Source of the DNA: Octopus sinensis
Lineage: Eukaryota
Reading direction: 5' to 3'
Length of the DNA: 64,000 bases
Assembly: GCF_006345805.1 (NCBI RefSeq)
Contig: NC_042998.1
Coordinates: forward strand, 14,322,001 to 14,386,000
Shown here: piece by piece, positions 24,418 to 37,830 of the stretch
Position numbering within the stretch: position 1 is the first letter of the stretch
Layout: every line of letters starts with the position of its first letter
Translations under genes and position numbers: made by a program
Notes under the pieces: generated by a model
What the model saw: only the letters and a program-made list of their open reading frames with translations
Told to the model about the DNA's origin: nothing
Databases searched by the model: none

Positions 24418-25224
24418 TCATTCTACTAAAGGCACAAGGCCTGAGATTTGAAGGTAAAGGACTAGTCGATTACATCGACCCCAATACGCAACTGGTACTT
24501 AATTTTTCGACCTCGAAAGGATGAAAGGTAAAGTCGACCTCGGCGGAAATTGAACTCACAACGTAGCGACGGACGAAATATCGCTAAACATTACGCCCGG
24601 CGTGCTATCGCTTCTTTTTCTATTCTAGGCACAAGACCCGAAATTTTGGGGGAGGGGGCCATTCGATTATATCGACCCCAGTACGAAACTGGTACTTAAT
24701 TTATCGTTCCCGAAAAGTTGAAAGGCAAAGTCGTTCTCGTCGGAATTTGAACTCAGAACTTAAAGACAGACGAAATACTGCTAAGCATTTCGCCCGCCGT
24801 GCTAACGTTTATTTCTTTACTGCGCTCAAGGGCTACACACAGAGCGGACAAACAAGGACAGACAAACAGGTTAACTCGATTATATCGAATCCAGTGCGTC
24901 ACTGGTACTTATTTAATCGATCTCTAAAGGATGAAAAGCAAAGTCAACCTCGGCGGAATTTGAACTCAGAACGTAACGGCAGACGAAATACCTATTTCTT
25001 TACTACCCACAAGGGGCTAAACACAGAGAGGATAAAAAGGACAGACAAACGGATTAAGTCGATTATATCGACCCCAGTGCGTCACTGGTACTTATTTAAT
25101 CGACCCCGAATGGATGAAAAGCAAAGTCGACCTCGGCGGAATTTGATCTCAGAACGTAACGGCAGACGAAATACGGCTACGCATTTCGACCGGCGTGCTA
25201 ACGTTTCTGCCAGGTCGCCACCTT
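24418..25224 (-). mobile_element. Cluster of family-B SINEs (two tail-Y copies and a tail-X dimer)
   Basis: Four core units; tails TGTGCCT..AGTAGAA and AGTAAAGAAATA. Confidence 0.88.
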
Positions 25225-25239
25225 TACTATCTTCTTGAA

Positions 25240-25565
25240 ATATAACATGTGACTTCATTGACCGAGGTTACCGTGGTCTTTTCCGTAGGCTTTTCTTTCC
25301 ACGGGTAAACCTCACCTGTCCTCCCCTTTACACTTTATATTGACATTTCTGTGATAACGCTCCCTATTGATCAATTTTTTTCCTTTCCCTCCCCACTTTT
25401 TTTTTTTTTAGATTTTATCCCCACCTTTTTTGTCCTCTTTCTTTCCTTTTACGATCATCCCTTTTGATCGAAAACCAAACACCCTTTTTTTTACCCTCAA
25501 AAGAAAAACTCTACCTTGTAATTTGTCCTGTCTGTGTGCAGCCCTGTGTGGCTAATAAAGAAACA
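25240..25565 (+). mobile_element. LINE-like 3' UTR fragment (family D)
   Basis: Homologous to 47174-47605 (minus); ends GCAGCCCTGTGTGGCTAATAAAGAAAC. Confidence 0.7.
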
Positions 25566-26940
25566 TATTATTGTCGAAGCTGTTACGATCTGGTATATGT
25601 TATGTACGTAGATAGGCAGGTATATGTGTTATATTTTCCATTTCGTTATTCACTTCGATTCAAATTTCTCCTTGGCATTGTTGATGTTTTCGTAGTCGTT
25701 GCAGATCTTGTCTTCTCTGTTCTTGCCGTAAGCTGTTCTAAATCATTTTATTCATAAATCACCTACTGGGGACCGATGGTAACGCCAAGGCCCCTAACTC
25801 CAAATTTGCTGGCTTTGTGCTTAAATCATCCATCATTAGTCATAAATTACATTACAATTATATTTGTGTTTTGTTTGTTTATTTATTTTTTGCCTAGATG
25901 TATCAATTTTGGTATTTTTTGCGCACTTTTTGGTGTGAGTACCTATATTTTATAATTTATATCTACTTGTGATATATTTGACGTCATTGCAACAAAATTT
26001 TGCTGTTCAACATGTGTATATTTGTTTCTCTAGAATGAAGAATCATATTCTTCGAAATTGTTTTTCTCGTTAGCTTAGACGAACAAGCACATTTTTTTTT
26101 CTGCTCCTGTAGTCGCAGCTGCTGCTGCTACCGTTGTTGATGTTGTTGTTGTTGTTGTTAATGGTCGTGGTAGTGGTGGCATTATCGTTGTTATCTTTCA
26201 TCAAGCCAATCTATGATCGACGGAAATTCAAGTCGCTACCATACTCTCATCATAAAAAAAAAAAATAATCAAGGAGTAAATGTCTACTTCCTGCTTTCTG
26301 AGTGTGATGTGATTTGATTGGAAAATGGCTTCTACTTGTAGCAGGTCGAGCGACAAACAAGTCATCATTATTGTTGTTGTTGTTGTTGTTGTTCAGCCCA
26401 AGGTCAGATCTCGTTTAGCCGGCTTACGATCAAAGTTATCTCGCACATGATCATCGTTTCTTTTATTTTTCCCTCGTGCAGGAAATCCAAGATTAATGTT
26501 ATCCAATGTATTCTATCTTGGACTAGTGAGCATTTTTGCTGCAATTTCTAGCGCGTAGATTGACCATGTTAAAACGCTCTTAGTGGCTCACTTTCTCTTT
26601 GTAGATCAAAAAGATGTATAGAGCGAGTGTCCTCTTTTTTTTTTTTTTGGCATATATATATATATAGAAGCTATGAAAATAGATAGTTGAAAGGCAGCAG
26701 ATGTCCAGATAATAATATTTGAACTCACAAGATAAAAAGACGTAATTACGACAAGGTATTCGCGTATTGATTGACTTATATCATCACACTACCATTCCCT
26801 TCACTGGCGAGTCAAAATAAGTAGGTTTCTTCCGACTCAGCATATACGTACAGCAGTAAACATAAACACACACACACACAACATACATCTCCACACACTT
26901 CTCACACGCACAGACACGCAAATAGAATCTTATTCCTAAA

Positions 26941-27333
26941 CTAGCAGTATCGGCCGGCGTTGCTCGGGTTTGTAAGGGAAATAACTATAAAGCATTTTTA
27001 GAGACTTATAGCCAAAAAATAGCAAAAAAATGCATTAAAAATGGAAAAAAATGATGGTAATTTTTTTTAAATCGTTGATTCATCGTAGACATTTTTAGAG
27101 AGTTACTTCCCTTATATAATAGCAAAAAATGCATTAAAATGGAAAAAAATGATGGTAAATTATTTTAAAAATCGTAGACTCATCGTAGACGCGCGCTAAT
27201 ACCCAGAAGGGCTCGATATGAATCACGACTATAAGATACCCGGTTTTGGTTAAATTGCACCACAAAATGTGGGAGTAGTTAGGAATCTAAATCGTAGGAG
27301 ACAGACACACAACTTCACTTTTATATATAAAGA
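26941..27333 (-). mobile_element. Non-autonomous Helitron
   Basis: Minus strand A|TCTTTATATATAAAA...CCCGAGCAACGCCGGCCGATACTGCTAG|T: 5' TC, subterminal GC hairpin, 3' CTAG, A|T site; internal approx. 95-bp tandem duplication. Confidence 0.85.
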
Positions 27334-27826
27334 TATCCGTTAGAAGTTAGAATGGTGTCGACGTCGCTAACTTGTCGAGTATTTATCGTGGATACCAAGA
27401 AAAACATACCTGTCCTCACAGTTCCCTCTGGGGAGGGATGATTGCCTGGAATTCCTATATTATATGAACGTCTATTTCATGTTTAAGTTCTGAAGGTGTC
27501 TTATACCAATTTTATAGTTACAATCAACTAAACTAAAATTGAACTGGTTGTTACACTCGATCTTAACACAAGTAAATACTGCACCTACGCAATTTGAATG
27601 TAGCGTAATGAGAAAATTCCTTATACTTATCGGTATTCCAATCACCACCAAGTTTTAATTAGTAACTGAGGTTCGACAACAGCAGAAGAATCTGCAGTTT
27701 GTCATCAGACAAGCAGATCTTCAACATCACCTCACGCTCTTACAACAATGAACTAGCATGTATTAAGCTTTACAGATACGTCCATATATTTGGAGTACAG
27801 CCCGCTCTCAAAACCGAAGAGATTTT

Positions 27827-29791
27827 TGTGTGGTAAGTAGCTTGTTTACCAACCACATGGTTCCGGGTTCAGTCCCACTGCGTGGCACCTTGGTCAAGTG
27901 TCTTCTACTATAGCCTCGGGCCGACCAAAGCCTTCTGAGTGGATTTGGTAGACGGAAACTGAAAGAAGCCCGTCGTATATATGTATATATATATGCGTGT
28001 GTGTGTTTGTGTGTCTGTGTTTGTCCCTCCAACATCGCTTGACAACCGATGCTGGTGTGTTTATGTCCCCGTTACTTAGCGGTTCGGCAAAAGAGACCGA
28101 TAGGATAAGTACTGGGCTAACAAAAGAATAAGTTCCGGGGTCGAGTTGCTCGATTAAAGGTGGTGCTCCAGCATGGCCACAGTCAAATGACTGAAACAAG
28201 TAAAAGAGTAAAAAAGTTATTTTGTTCAATGGAGAACTGTTGATTCGTGTATCTAAAAGCTTACCCTCTTAAGTAGACAGTGTTTCTGACGAAATGAAAC
28301 CATACTTTGAATAATTCTTCGCAACATAGGCGCAGTAGTGGCTGTGTGGTAAGTAGCTTGTTTACCAACCACATGGTTCCGGTTCAGTCCCACTGCGTGG
28401 CACCTTGGTCAAGTGTCTTCTACTATAGCCTCGGGCCGACCAAAGCCTTCTGAGTGGATTTGGTAGACGGAAACTGAAAGAAGCCCGTCGTATATATGTA
28501 TATATATATGCGTGTGTGTGTTTGTGTGTCTGTGTTTGTCCCTCCAACATCGCTTGACAACCGATGCTGGTGTGTTTATGTCCCCGTTACTTAGCGGTTC
28601 GGCAAAAGAGACCGATAGGATAAGTACTGGGCTAACAAAAGAATAAGTTCCGGGGTCGAGTTGCTCGATTAAAGGTGGTGCTCCAGCATGGCCACAGTCA
28701 AATGACTGAAACAAGTAAAAGAGTAAAAAAGTTATTTTGTTCAATGGAGAACTGTTGATTCGTGTATCTAAAAGCTTACCCTCTTAAGTAGACAGTGTTT
28801 CTGACGAAATGAAACCATACTTTGAATAATTCTTCGCAACATAGGCGCAGTAGTGGCTGTGTGGTAAGTAGCTTGTTTACCAACCACATGGTTCCGGTTC
28901 AGTCCCACTGCGTGGCACCTTGGTCAAGTGTCTTCTACTATAGCCTCGGGCCGACCAAAGCCTTCTGAGTGGATTTGGTAGACGGAAACTGAAAGAAGCC
29001 CGTCGTATATATGTATATATATATGCGTGTGTGTGTTTGTGTGTCTGTGTTTGTCCCTCCAACATCGCTTGACAACCGATGCTGGTGTGTTTATGTCCCC
29101 GTTACTTAGCGGTTCGGCAAAAGAGACCGATAGGATAAGTACTGGGCTAACAAAAGAATAAGTTCCGGGGTCGAGTTGCTCGATTAAAGGCGGTGCTCCA
29201 GCATGGCCAGAGTCAAATGACTGAAACAAGTAAAAGAGTAAAAAAGTTATTTTTGTTCAATGGAGAACTGTTGATTCGTGTATCTAAAAGCTTACCCTCT
29301 TAAGTAGACAGTGTTTCTGACGAAATGAAACCATACTTTGAATAATTCTTCGCAACATAGGCGCAGTAGTGGCTGTGTGGTAAGTAGCTTGTTTACCAAC
29401 CACATGGTTCCGGGTTCATTCCCACTGCGTGGCAACTTGGGCAAGTGTCTTCTACTATATCCTCGGACCGACCAAAGCTTTGTGAGTGGATTTGATAGAC
29501 GGAAACTGAAATAAACTCGTCGTGTATATGTATATGTATATGCATGTCATATATATGTATATATACATATATATATGTTTGTGTGTCTGTGTTTGTCCCC
29601 CCAACATCGCTTGACAACCGATGCTGGCGTGTTTACGTCCCCGTAACGTAGCGGTTCTGCAATAGAGACCGATAGAATAAGTACTAGGCTTACAAAGAAT
29701 AAGTCCTGGGATCGTTTTGCTCGACTAAGGACGGTGCTCCAGCATGGCCTCAGTCAGATGACTGAAACAAGTAAAAGAGAAAATAAAAGAG
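27827..29791 (+). repeat. Tandem array: four family-A SINEs separated by three copies of a 111-112-bp spacer (period 515-516 bp)
   Basis: SINE starts 27827, 28328, 28843, 29359; spacers 28217-28327, 28732-28842, 29247-29358. Confidence 0.93.
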
Positions 29792-29831
29792 AACCTATAA
29801 TGTCAATGTTTGCTACTCATGCTCAGATAAT

Positions 29832-30045
29832 ATGCTTTCTATTATAGGCACAAGGCCTGAAATTTGTGAGGAGAGATAAGTCGATTACATCGACTCCGGT
29901 GTTTCACTGGTTTTTAATTTATCAACCCCGAAAAAATGAGAGGATAAGTCGACCTCGACTGAATTGGGACTCAGAACGTAGCGACGGACGTAATGCCTCT
30001 AAGTATTTCACCCAGCGTGTTATCAATTCTGTCAACTCCCCGCCT
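29832..30045 (-). mobile_element. Diverged family-B SINE monomer (tail Y)
   Basis: TTCTATTATAGGCACAAGGCCTGAAATTT...core...head. Confidence 0.8.
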
Positions 30046-30159
30046 GTCATGCTTAGATTTATAAATTCCTATCTTCAACGCCAGAATAGAAACTAGCACG
30101 CATCCAAATAGTCTCCGTCTATGCCACATACTGTGACTTACGAAATATCCTACTAACAG

Positions 30160-30233
30160 TTCACTTGGAAGGATCTGAGTCGCAAATGTTGCAGGGTGTA
30201 GACTCAACCGTGCACGATCTGAAGACATTGCAA
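30160..30233 (+). CDS. Candidate micro-exon (HLEGSESQMLQGVDSTVHDLKTLQ)
   Basis: TACTAACAG acceptor, single open phase (1 to 0), donor CAA|GTAGTT. Confidence 0.22.
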
Positions 30234-30781
30234 GTAGTTACATTGGCATAACTATCAGATGTGAAAGCAGGAAAAATTCCACACCTTTTTTTAACATCGT
30301 CTGATCACTCTGGAACGAAGAAAACGACTTTCTCAATATCACGTTGTGCATTCATGACGGAGACCTTTACACACCGCGAGTTTGTAATTACAATCTCTGC
30401 CTTTCCAAGAATCTTTATATATTGCAACAGGAAATCTAATCTATCTTACTTTTACCAAAGATAAGTCCTGTTAAGAAACTTCAATCTCTTTGCAGCTAAT
30501 AACCCTGAAATACCACCTTAGGTCTACCTGGCGCTTGCATAACTGTAGGAATATATAATCCCTTCCACGCCCCATCATTTCAGCCTATCGATATCCGGTT
30601 GAAACTGAGATGCAATTTGTACGATGATACCACCTGACCGAACAGGGAAAAATTGAAAGATATATAAGCTGTATCCTCATACGATCAGGTTTCATGTATA
30701 TTTTTAACTGCTTTTGTTTGCTTATAAGATGGTCGATCATTTACCGGTAATTACGAAATCAGAAGTTGACAAAAATGTATA

Positions 30782-30925
30782 CAGTAATACTTCGCTACAT
30801 CGCGGTTCACCTATCGTGCACTCAGTAGATCGCGGGTTTTTCTGATTGATATATGTAAATTCATATCGTGGACTCCTCAGTATATTGCGAGCTTCTGCGG
30901 CCGATAGATATTTATAGATTTTAGA
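30782..30925 (+). mobile_element. Tigger/pogo-like DNA transposon end
   Basis: TA|CAGTAATACTTCGCTACATCGCGGTTCAC; homologous to 59518-58075 (minus). Confidence 0.65.
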
Positions 30926-31621
30926 GGGAATACTAAGTAAAGTTTTAGAGTTAATATGTGCTTACAGGTGCATATACATTCAGCGATCAAAGATCAAATC
31001 CTGCTATGATCCATCTAATCTTTCAACTTTTCGGGGCCGATAAAGTCCCAATCCAGATCGGATTTGTGGAAGGAGAAGAATTTCAGACTAGATACCTTGC
31101 GGTATTTGTTCCGGTTCTATGTGTTTTGGATCCGAACATGACGTATTTCAGCAATAAGCTTATTCAGTCGCACGGTTTAGCTAAAGGTACCTCGAGTGTA
31201 TTTCGCGGGTTTCACTCTTATGCGAACATTCGTGAGAGATTTCTAGTTTAGGGATACCATCTCTCCTTCCCACCTGGTCTAAAAGGCCCCGTAAAAGATC
31301 ATCGGCATTGCCTTCTCTTCTGACTACAGCATAAAAACAAAATAGTTGCGACAGCTTAAATGAATAACTGAGAATAAATTATATAGTGATACGTTCTGCT
31401 TGAAAAGCTAATAGTTAAATCAGCAAGCTAAAATCTAATCATGTCAGTGAAACATGAATGATTTAATTATCTATAACTACACATGTAGAGAGGAGGAAAA
31501 TCTATTAACTTAATGATTTTACTGGTCTCAAATTGCAAGGTGAGACAAATTGGCTGAAAGTAGTCGGCAATTTTTGCAAATACAGTCCTATAAACAAACA
31601 GAGTTCATTTTCGTTGTACAG

Positions 31622-31663
31622 GTTGAAGTTAACGAAACGCCTATACCATTTCATAGATCGCAG
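31622..31663 (+). CDS. Candidate micro-exon (VEVNETPIPFHRSQ)
   Basis: Acceptor TTTTCGTTGTACAG, 42 bp, donor CAG|GTTTAG. Confidence 0.27.
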
Positions 31664-31869
31664 GTTTAGATTCATGCCATTTATCTAATTTCTGAGTATG
31701 GAAGGATATTTGTTAGTGGAATAGCTATTTAGTTAGGCCAGCAAAATATGTCTCTTCCCTACATAATATTTATAACATAAATTATTCATGAGTGGTCAGT
31801 AATTGGATAAAAATTGGGTCAGTTAGAAAATAATATAACATTATGCATGTATAAACGAAGAAAGAAATG

Positions 31870-31915
31870 CTGTATATGTGTGTGTGTGTATGTGTGTGTA
31901 TGTGTGTGTATGTGT

Positions 31916-31958
<43 letters not shown>

Positions 31959-32172
31959 TGTGTGTGTGTGTGTGTTGTTTGTGTGTGGTTGTGCGTCAGC
32001 GTGAGTGTTGAAATCCACGCATTACTGCCGAAGTTACACGAGGTAATTTTCTCATTGTATTCATACTGCCAAACAATAATAGTAATGATTCCATTGGAAA
32101 ATAATATAAAATACTGCATATTTGAAGGAGAAATAGAACTACACACACACTTGCATACATACATACATGTAT

Positions 32173-32222
<50 letters not shown>

Positions 32223-32226
32223 TGTG

Positions 32227-32290
<64 letters not shown>

Positions 32291-32296
32291 AGTATG

Positions 32297-32331
<35 letters not shown>

Positions 32332-32463
32332 TTCCATTCTCAATTTATGTATTCATCATCTTATATTATTTTCCAATTGACCCATTATTAGTATTATTCA
32401 TTGGTGATATCGATACAATGAGAAAATTATTTCTTATAACTCCGATATTTGTGTGGGCTTTTA

Positions 32464-32539
<76 letters not shown>

Positions 32540-32540
32540 T
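31870..32540. repeat. (TG)n/(TA)n microsatellites
   Basis: Visible. Confidence 0.93.
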
Positions 32541-33101
32541 TCCTTCAGATACACATCTTTTATATTATTTTCTTGTCGAGCTATTCTCTATCGAATGACT
32601 GACCACTCAATAATATTTTGTTATACCACTTCTCATATATCATAAAACTATTTATGCGATGAAGGCGATCTCATTGATATTTTTAGAATGTCGAGCAACT
32701 ACACGGAGACTTCCGTTCCATATATAATTTTAGATATGTTGATAGAATAACAACCATAATCAAATTGCATGGCTAACTATGAAAGCAGTGTGAGATAATG
32801 CTTGTGCATGGTAATACGATTCAGTGCAGCCAACAAAAGAACTACACAAGAAAATCATAAAATGTCTATCAACAAATTATTGTGAATGACCACGGAACTG
32901 CATTTTTCTTAACTTTTACGATTGATAAACGATGCGCGTTTCTTGCAATTTATTTGCGCCTACGTAGTTCGTGTTTTTGTTCTTGTTGCTCACGATGTTT
33001 TCGTTTCGTTAAGCCGTTATTTGTCGTAAGGAAAGGTAGTGAACTGACAGAAGCGGTAGAAAGTGGGATAAAAATACCTAGGAGTTTTCCTTAAGACTTA
33101 C

Positions 33102-33605
33102 AAGGCGGCGAGCTGGCAGAATCGTTAGCACGCCGGGCGTAATGCGTCGCGGTATTTCGTCTGCCGCTACGTTCTGAGTTCAAATTCCGCCGAGGTCTAC
33201 TTTGACTTTCATCCTTTTGGGGTCGATTAAAAAAGTACCAGTTACGCAGTGGGATCGATATAATCGACTTAATCCGTTTGTCTGTCCTTGTTTGTTCCTT
33301 TTGTGTTTAGCCCCTTGTGGCTAGTAAAGAAATAGATATTTCGTCTGCCGCAATGTTCTGAGTTCAAATTCCGCCGAGGTCGACTTTGGCTTTCATCCTT
33401 TCGGGGTCGATAAATTAAGGACCAGTTACGCACTGGGGTCGATATAATCATCTTAATCCGTTTGTCTGTCCTTGTTTGTCCTCTCTGTTTTTAACCCCTT
33501 GTGTGTAGTAAAGAAATAGGTATATCGTCTGTCTTTACGTTCTGAGTTCAAATTCTGCTGAGATCGACTTTGCCTTTTATCCTTTCGAGGTCGATAAATT
33601 AAGTT
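33102..33605 (+). mobile_element. Family-B SINE trimer, third unit truncated
   Basis: Head AAGGCGGCGAGCTGGCAGAATCG; later units start about 33339 and 33523. Confidence 0.9.
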
Positions 33606-33609
33606 CTAA

Positions 33610-33900
33610 TTAGCATGTCAGATAAAGGTGTCAGCGCCAAGTAGAAAAGAAGTGGAGAAAGCGTGTCTCCCTGGAATATTCCTCATCTAATGGGGATGGC
33701 TTTGGTTTTTATGAGTCCCTCTTTTGTTTGGAGCTGTAGCACTGTCTGCCATTTATTCATAGAGTGTCTTACGTGTTCTATAATTATTAGTGCTACCTTG
33801 CTCATGGCTATGTTTCGAGGATCCACGTATGCGGAATACTATCAAAAGCCTTTCGATAGTCTATCCAGGCCATACTGAAGTCTTTCTTCTTTGTTGTTAT
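33610..33900 (-). pseudogene. R4/Dong-clade non-LTR reverse transcriptase fragment
   Basis: Translates KKDFSMAWIDYRKAFDSIPHTWILET...IR*GIFQGDTLSPLLF; in-frame stops. Confidence 0.85.
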
Positions 33901-33909
33901 TGTTGTTAA

Positions 33910-33919
33910 TCTTCTTCTT

Positions 33920-33999
<80 letters not shown>

Positions 34000-34021
34000 T
34001 ATCATTATTATTATTATTATT
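33910..34021. repeat. (CTT)n(ATT)n
   Basis: Visible; (TAA)n on the minus strand follows an R4/Dong 3' end. Confidence 0.96.
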
Positions 34022-34445
34022 CACAAGTCTTATTTTTATCAAATGCTTTCACTGCACTACCAAGCGCTGCTCCGGGTGCTTTGGATGTGTGCTTGGTTTG
34101 TTGCGATGCTCTTATTGCTACTGTATTGTAAGTGCTTTACGTAGGATGTGCACGGTGCCTGGTAGTGCTATTTTCTGTATGTTATATATATTTGTAAGTC
34201 CTGGTGATTTGGTTCTGTATTTGGTTGAAAGATTTTTCTCATCATACCTAATGAACATATTATTATAGGGATTGTTTCTGTTTTTAGACGCCCCACTATG
34301 GGTGCCTCTATCTCAAGGCTTTCGTAGTTTGAGAGTTTCTCCGTTTCTCTTAGAGATGTATTGTCATTTGTTGTTATTGATACATCAATTAGAAGACATT
34401 TTTTTTTTCTTGGTAATCTCTGACAACTATATCCGATCGATTTAT
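34022..34445 (-). mobile_element. R4/Dong-clade LINE 3' end (restriction-like endonuclease and 3' UTR)
   Basis: DIVVRDY...LIDVSI...KTETIPII...NIQKIAL; homologous to 62240-62790; followed by (TAA)n. Confidence 0.82.
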
Positions 34446-34471
34446 TATTCTCATTGTTGCTGTTGTTATTG

Positions 34472-34508
<37 letters not shown>

Positions 34509-35202
34509 TATCATCATCATCGTCATCATCGTCATCATCATCATCACCATGATCATCATCATCATCATCATCTGTGTTCTTTCGGGTTTGTGAAATCTAT
34601 CTCCTCAGAAATCGATACTTAGTCATGCGTACAAGGCCTTCAGTACTACATATCAGTATAAATTTAAGCTTACAATCCGCGTGACTTCATTTCAGATGTT
34701 TTACTAGTTTGGTAGAAGCATTTTCTTTCTCGTGCGAATATTTTATGGTTTGGAAGAGGCGAAGACTTTACTAACGATGCACCACATGTAATCCCCTATG
34801 TCACAAAATTCCATTCAGACATTGTATTCTGTTGTGATAGTTAGATAGTTTCGCATTGCGCAAGGATAATTTAGTTTGTAGCTTTAATTCCTTTTCAGAT
34901 GCAGCTAAGATACGGCTAAAACACCCAGAAAAGAGGGAAATAAAATTGTTAAAACCTTAACGGAGAATTTAAAATTTGGTCATATTAAACAGCAAGTTTC
35001 TGAAAGAACAAGTTGTTCGAATTTACACCAGCAAATGCGTTGGTGGCGAAATTTGCACCGCTGCGAGCGAGATCCATATGAGTATCTTCAGTAGCATACA
35101 TGGCTAGGAGCATCAATAGAGACTATCACACAGAACATTTAAAAAAGGCTACCTACATATGTGAATTTGTATCATCATCGCAGAAGACTAACTACACTAC
35201 AT

Positions 35203-35625
35203 ACTCTCTCTCTTTACTCTTTTACTTGTTTCAGTCATTTGACTGCGGCCATGCTGGAGCACCGCCTTTAGTAGAGCAAATCGACCCCGGGACTTATTCT
35301 TTGTAAGCCCAGTACTTATTCTATCGGTCTCTTTTGCTGAACCGCTAAGTGACGGGGACGTAAACACACCAGCATCGGTTGTCAAGCAATGCTAGGGGGA
35401 CAAACACAGACACACAAACACACACACACACATACATATATATACATATATATATACATATATACAACAGGCTTCTTTCAGTTTCCGTCTACCAAATCCA
35501 CTCACAAGATATTGGTCGGCCCGAGGCTATAGCAGAAGACACTTGCCGAAGATGCCACGCAGTAGGACTGAACCCGGAACCATGTGGTTGGTTAGCAAGC
35601 TACTTACCACACAGCCACTCCTGCA
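35203..35625 (-). mobile_element. Family-A SINE, full length
   Basis: Reverse-complement homology. Confidence 0.92.
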
Positions 35626-36063
35626 CAAGAGTTTATCGATCTCATCTGACAACAATAAAAACATTGCTACACATGTCAAAACACATCACCTCTCAAGATT
35701 TCATGCAACACCAAACAAAACTCCTACGTAAGAATGCAAGATTTCCCAGGTCACGAGAAAAGGATTTTCACATCAGTTCACAAGAATACTGACATCAGTA
35801 GATATGGCCACTTGCATCAGCGTACAAGTCCACCCCAAAACTGGAACTAGAAAGTGACACACGTAAAAACTAAATAGGTAATACCATATTAAATACTACA
35901 GAACAGACAGATACACCTATTTATATTCTGAGTTAAAATTCCACCCATGTATTTCGACGTCGATAAGCCCTGTATACGAACTAACACATTAAAGTGATAG
36001 AAAATGGAACCCCTACACGGCGACAGCTCCGTCATTGAAAAAGTAGCTGAATAATTCTTTCAG

Positions 36064-36274
36064 AGCAACAACTGACAGAATTGAAATACTTGGAAATTAT
36101 AATGGAACCTATCCTACGTATATAAACTATTTTTCAAATATATAAAAATAAATAAATAACGCTTTCACTCCCTCCTAGTGCAAAAGAAATTTAGTTTGTC
36201 TTGGATACATTCGTCACTTGTCGAAAATTCATCAGAGAATAAGTACCCACCTACTCTTTCCCGCAAACAAACTG
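36064..36274 (+). CDS. Candidate exon pair 36064-36117 and 36179-36274 with a 61-nt intron
   Basis: Acceptors TTCTTTCAG and CCCTCCTAG; joined phase-1 frame QQLTELKYLEIIMEPILLQKKFSLSWIH...RKQT is open; donors are weak. Confidence 0.17.
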
Positions 36275-36959
36275 GTGGTTTACATTTAGTTATGTCGAAC
36301 TCAAATCAAGACAGAGTTAAAATGGCTTGCATAATTTGCAAGCCATTTTGCATAAAAGTGAATTAAATAATTAATTAGCATATATAATAATGCCGTTAGT
36401 TTGGAGTGTCAAAAATTAACAATGATGAAAATGAAAATAAAAATAAAAATAAAAGCAATAAATAAAAACAAGCAATAGAATGTACAATTGTACAATTGTG
36501 TTCCAAAGTTTCCCAAGTATTTGGGAGTTTATTGGTCAAAGAATTATGTGGATATTTTATATATCCTATATAATTCTTGGGAATACAAAATGCAAAGCAC
36601 GTGGGCCCGCTGATGTGAATATTTCATCGAATATTTCATAGGAAAAAAAGAGAAGAAAAAGAATACAATTATGAAGAGTTGCTCTGTTCTCTACACTTAC
36701 TTACAGGCTCACACGAATACCAATTGTGCGGATATGTTGAATGAATTTGAATGATATAAAGAATACAGGTGTGTATGTGCGTAGATAAGTATATGTGCTT
36801 CTGTCTCTTTAGGTTTCTATGTGTGTGTGTGGCGATTTATGATTGTGTGTATGCAATTTTATAAGTCAGGATACATAAACAATACAAGATTCTAAATTAA
36901 GGTAAATCTAATTTTAGACGATGACACAAAATCACATTTGCAAAATTATTCAAACCTTA

Positions 36960-37355
36960 TACGTGCATTTGTGTGTGTATGTGTGTGTGTGAGAGAGAGA
37001 GAGCGTGTGCATATGGGCATGTGCGCATGTGCGTCTTTCTGTGTTTGTGTATGTGTGTGCGTGTATGTGTGCGTGTGTGCGTGTGTGCGTGTATGTGAGA
37101 CAAAAGAGAAAGAGAGGATGTAGACAGTATATGGATGTATATACATTTATACATGCAAATATATATGCATATATAGACAGATATCTATATATACATATAT
37201 GCACTTATGCATATACGCATACATGTATATACATGTATACAGATATACGTACGCCATATATATGTACATATATATATATATACATGTATATATATATGTA
37301 TGTATATGCGTATATATATATATATTTACATATATGTCTATCTATACAAACACAC

Positions 37356-37389
<34 letters not shown>

Positions 37390-37494
37390 GTATGTATGTA
37401 TATATATATGATATATATTTTACCTATATTATATGTATGAATATATATGTAAATAAATTATTCATATATAAACGCACATACACACGTATATATA

Positions 37495-37539
<45 letters not shown>

Positions 37540-37579
37540 GAAACGTACATATGAAGGTATAAACTTATATGTTTATATA

Positions 37580-37642
<63 letters not shown>

Positions 37643-37777
37643 ATGTAGATGTGTGGATACATTTATCTATGTTATAACTCTCTATTCACGCTCACACGCA
37701 CTTACACACATATATACATACACGCATGCATACATGTTATCTCTATCTCTATCTATCTCTCCTATTTCTATGTCTTC

Positions 37778-37820
<43 letters not shown>

Positions 37821-37830
37821 CACACACTTT
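36960..37830. repeat. (TG)n/(TA)n/(CT)n microsatellites
   Basis: Visible. Confidence 0.92.

Noticed and set aside
27827-29791. CRISPR-like repeat/spacer appearance (also 58195-59185)
   Set aside because: The repeats are 165-400-bp SINEs, the spacers are identical or absent, and there are no cas genes; eukaryotic context.
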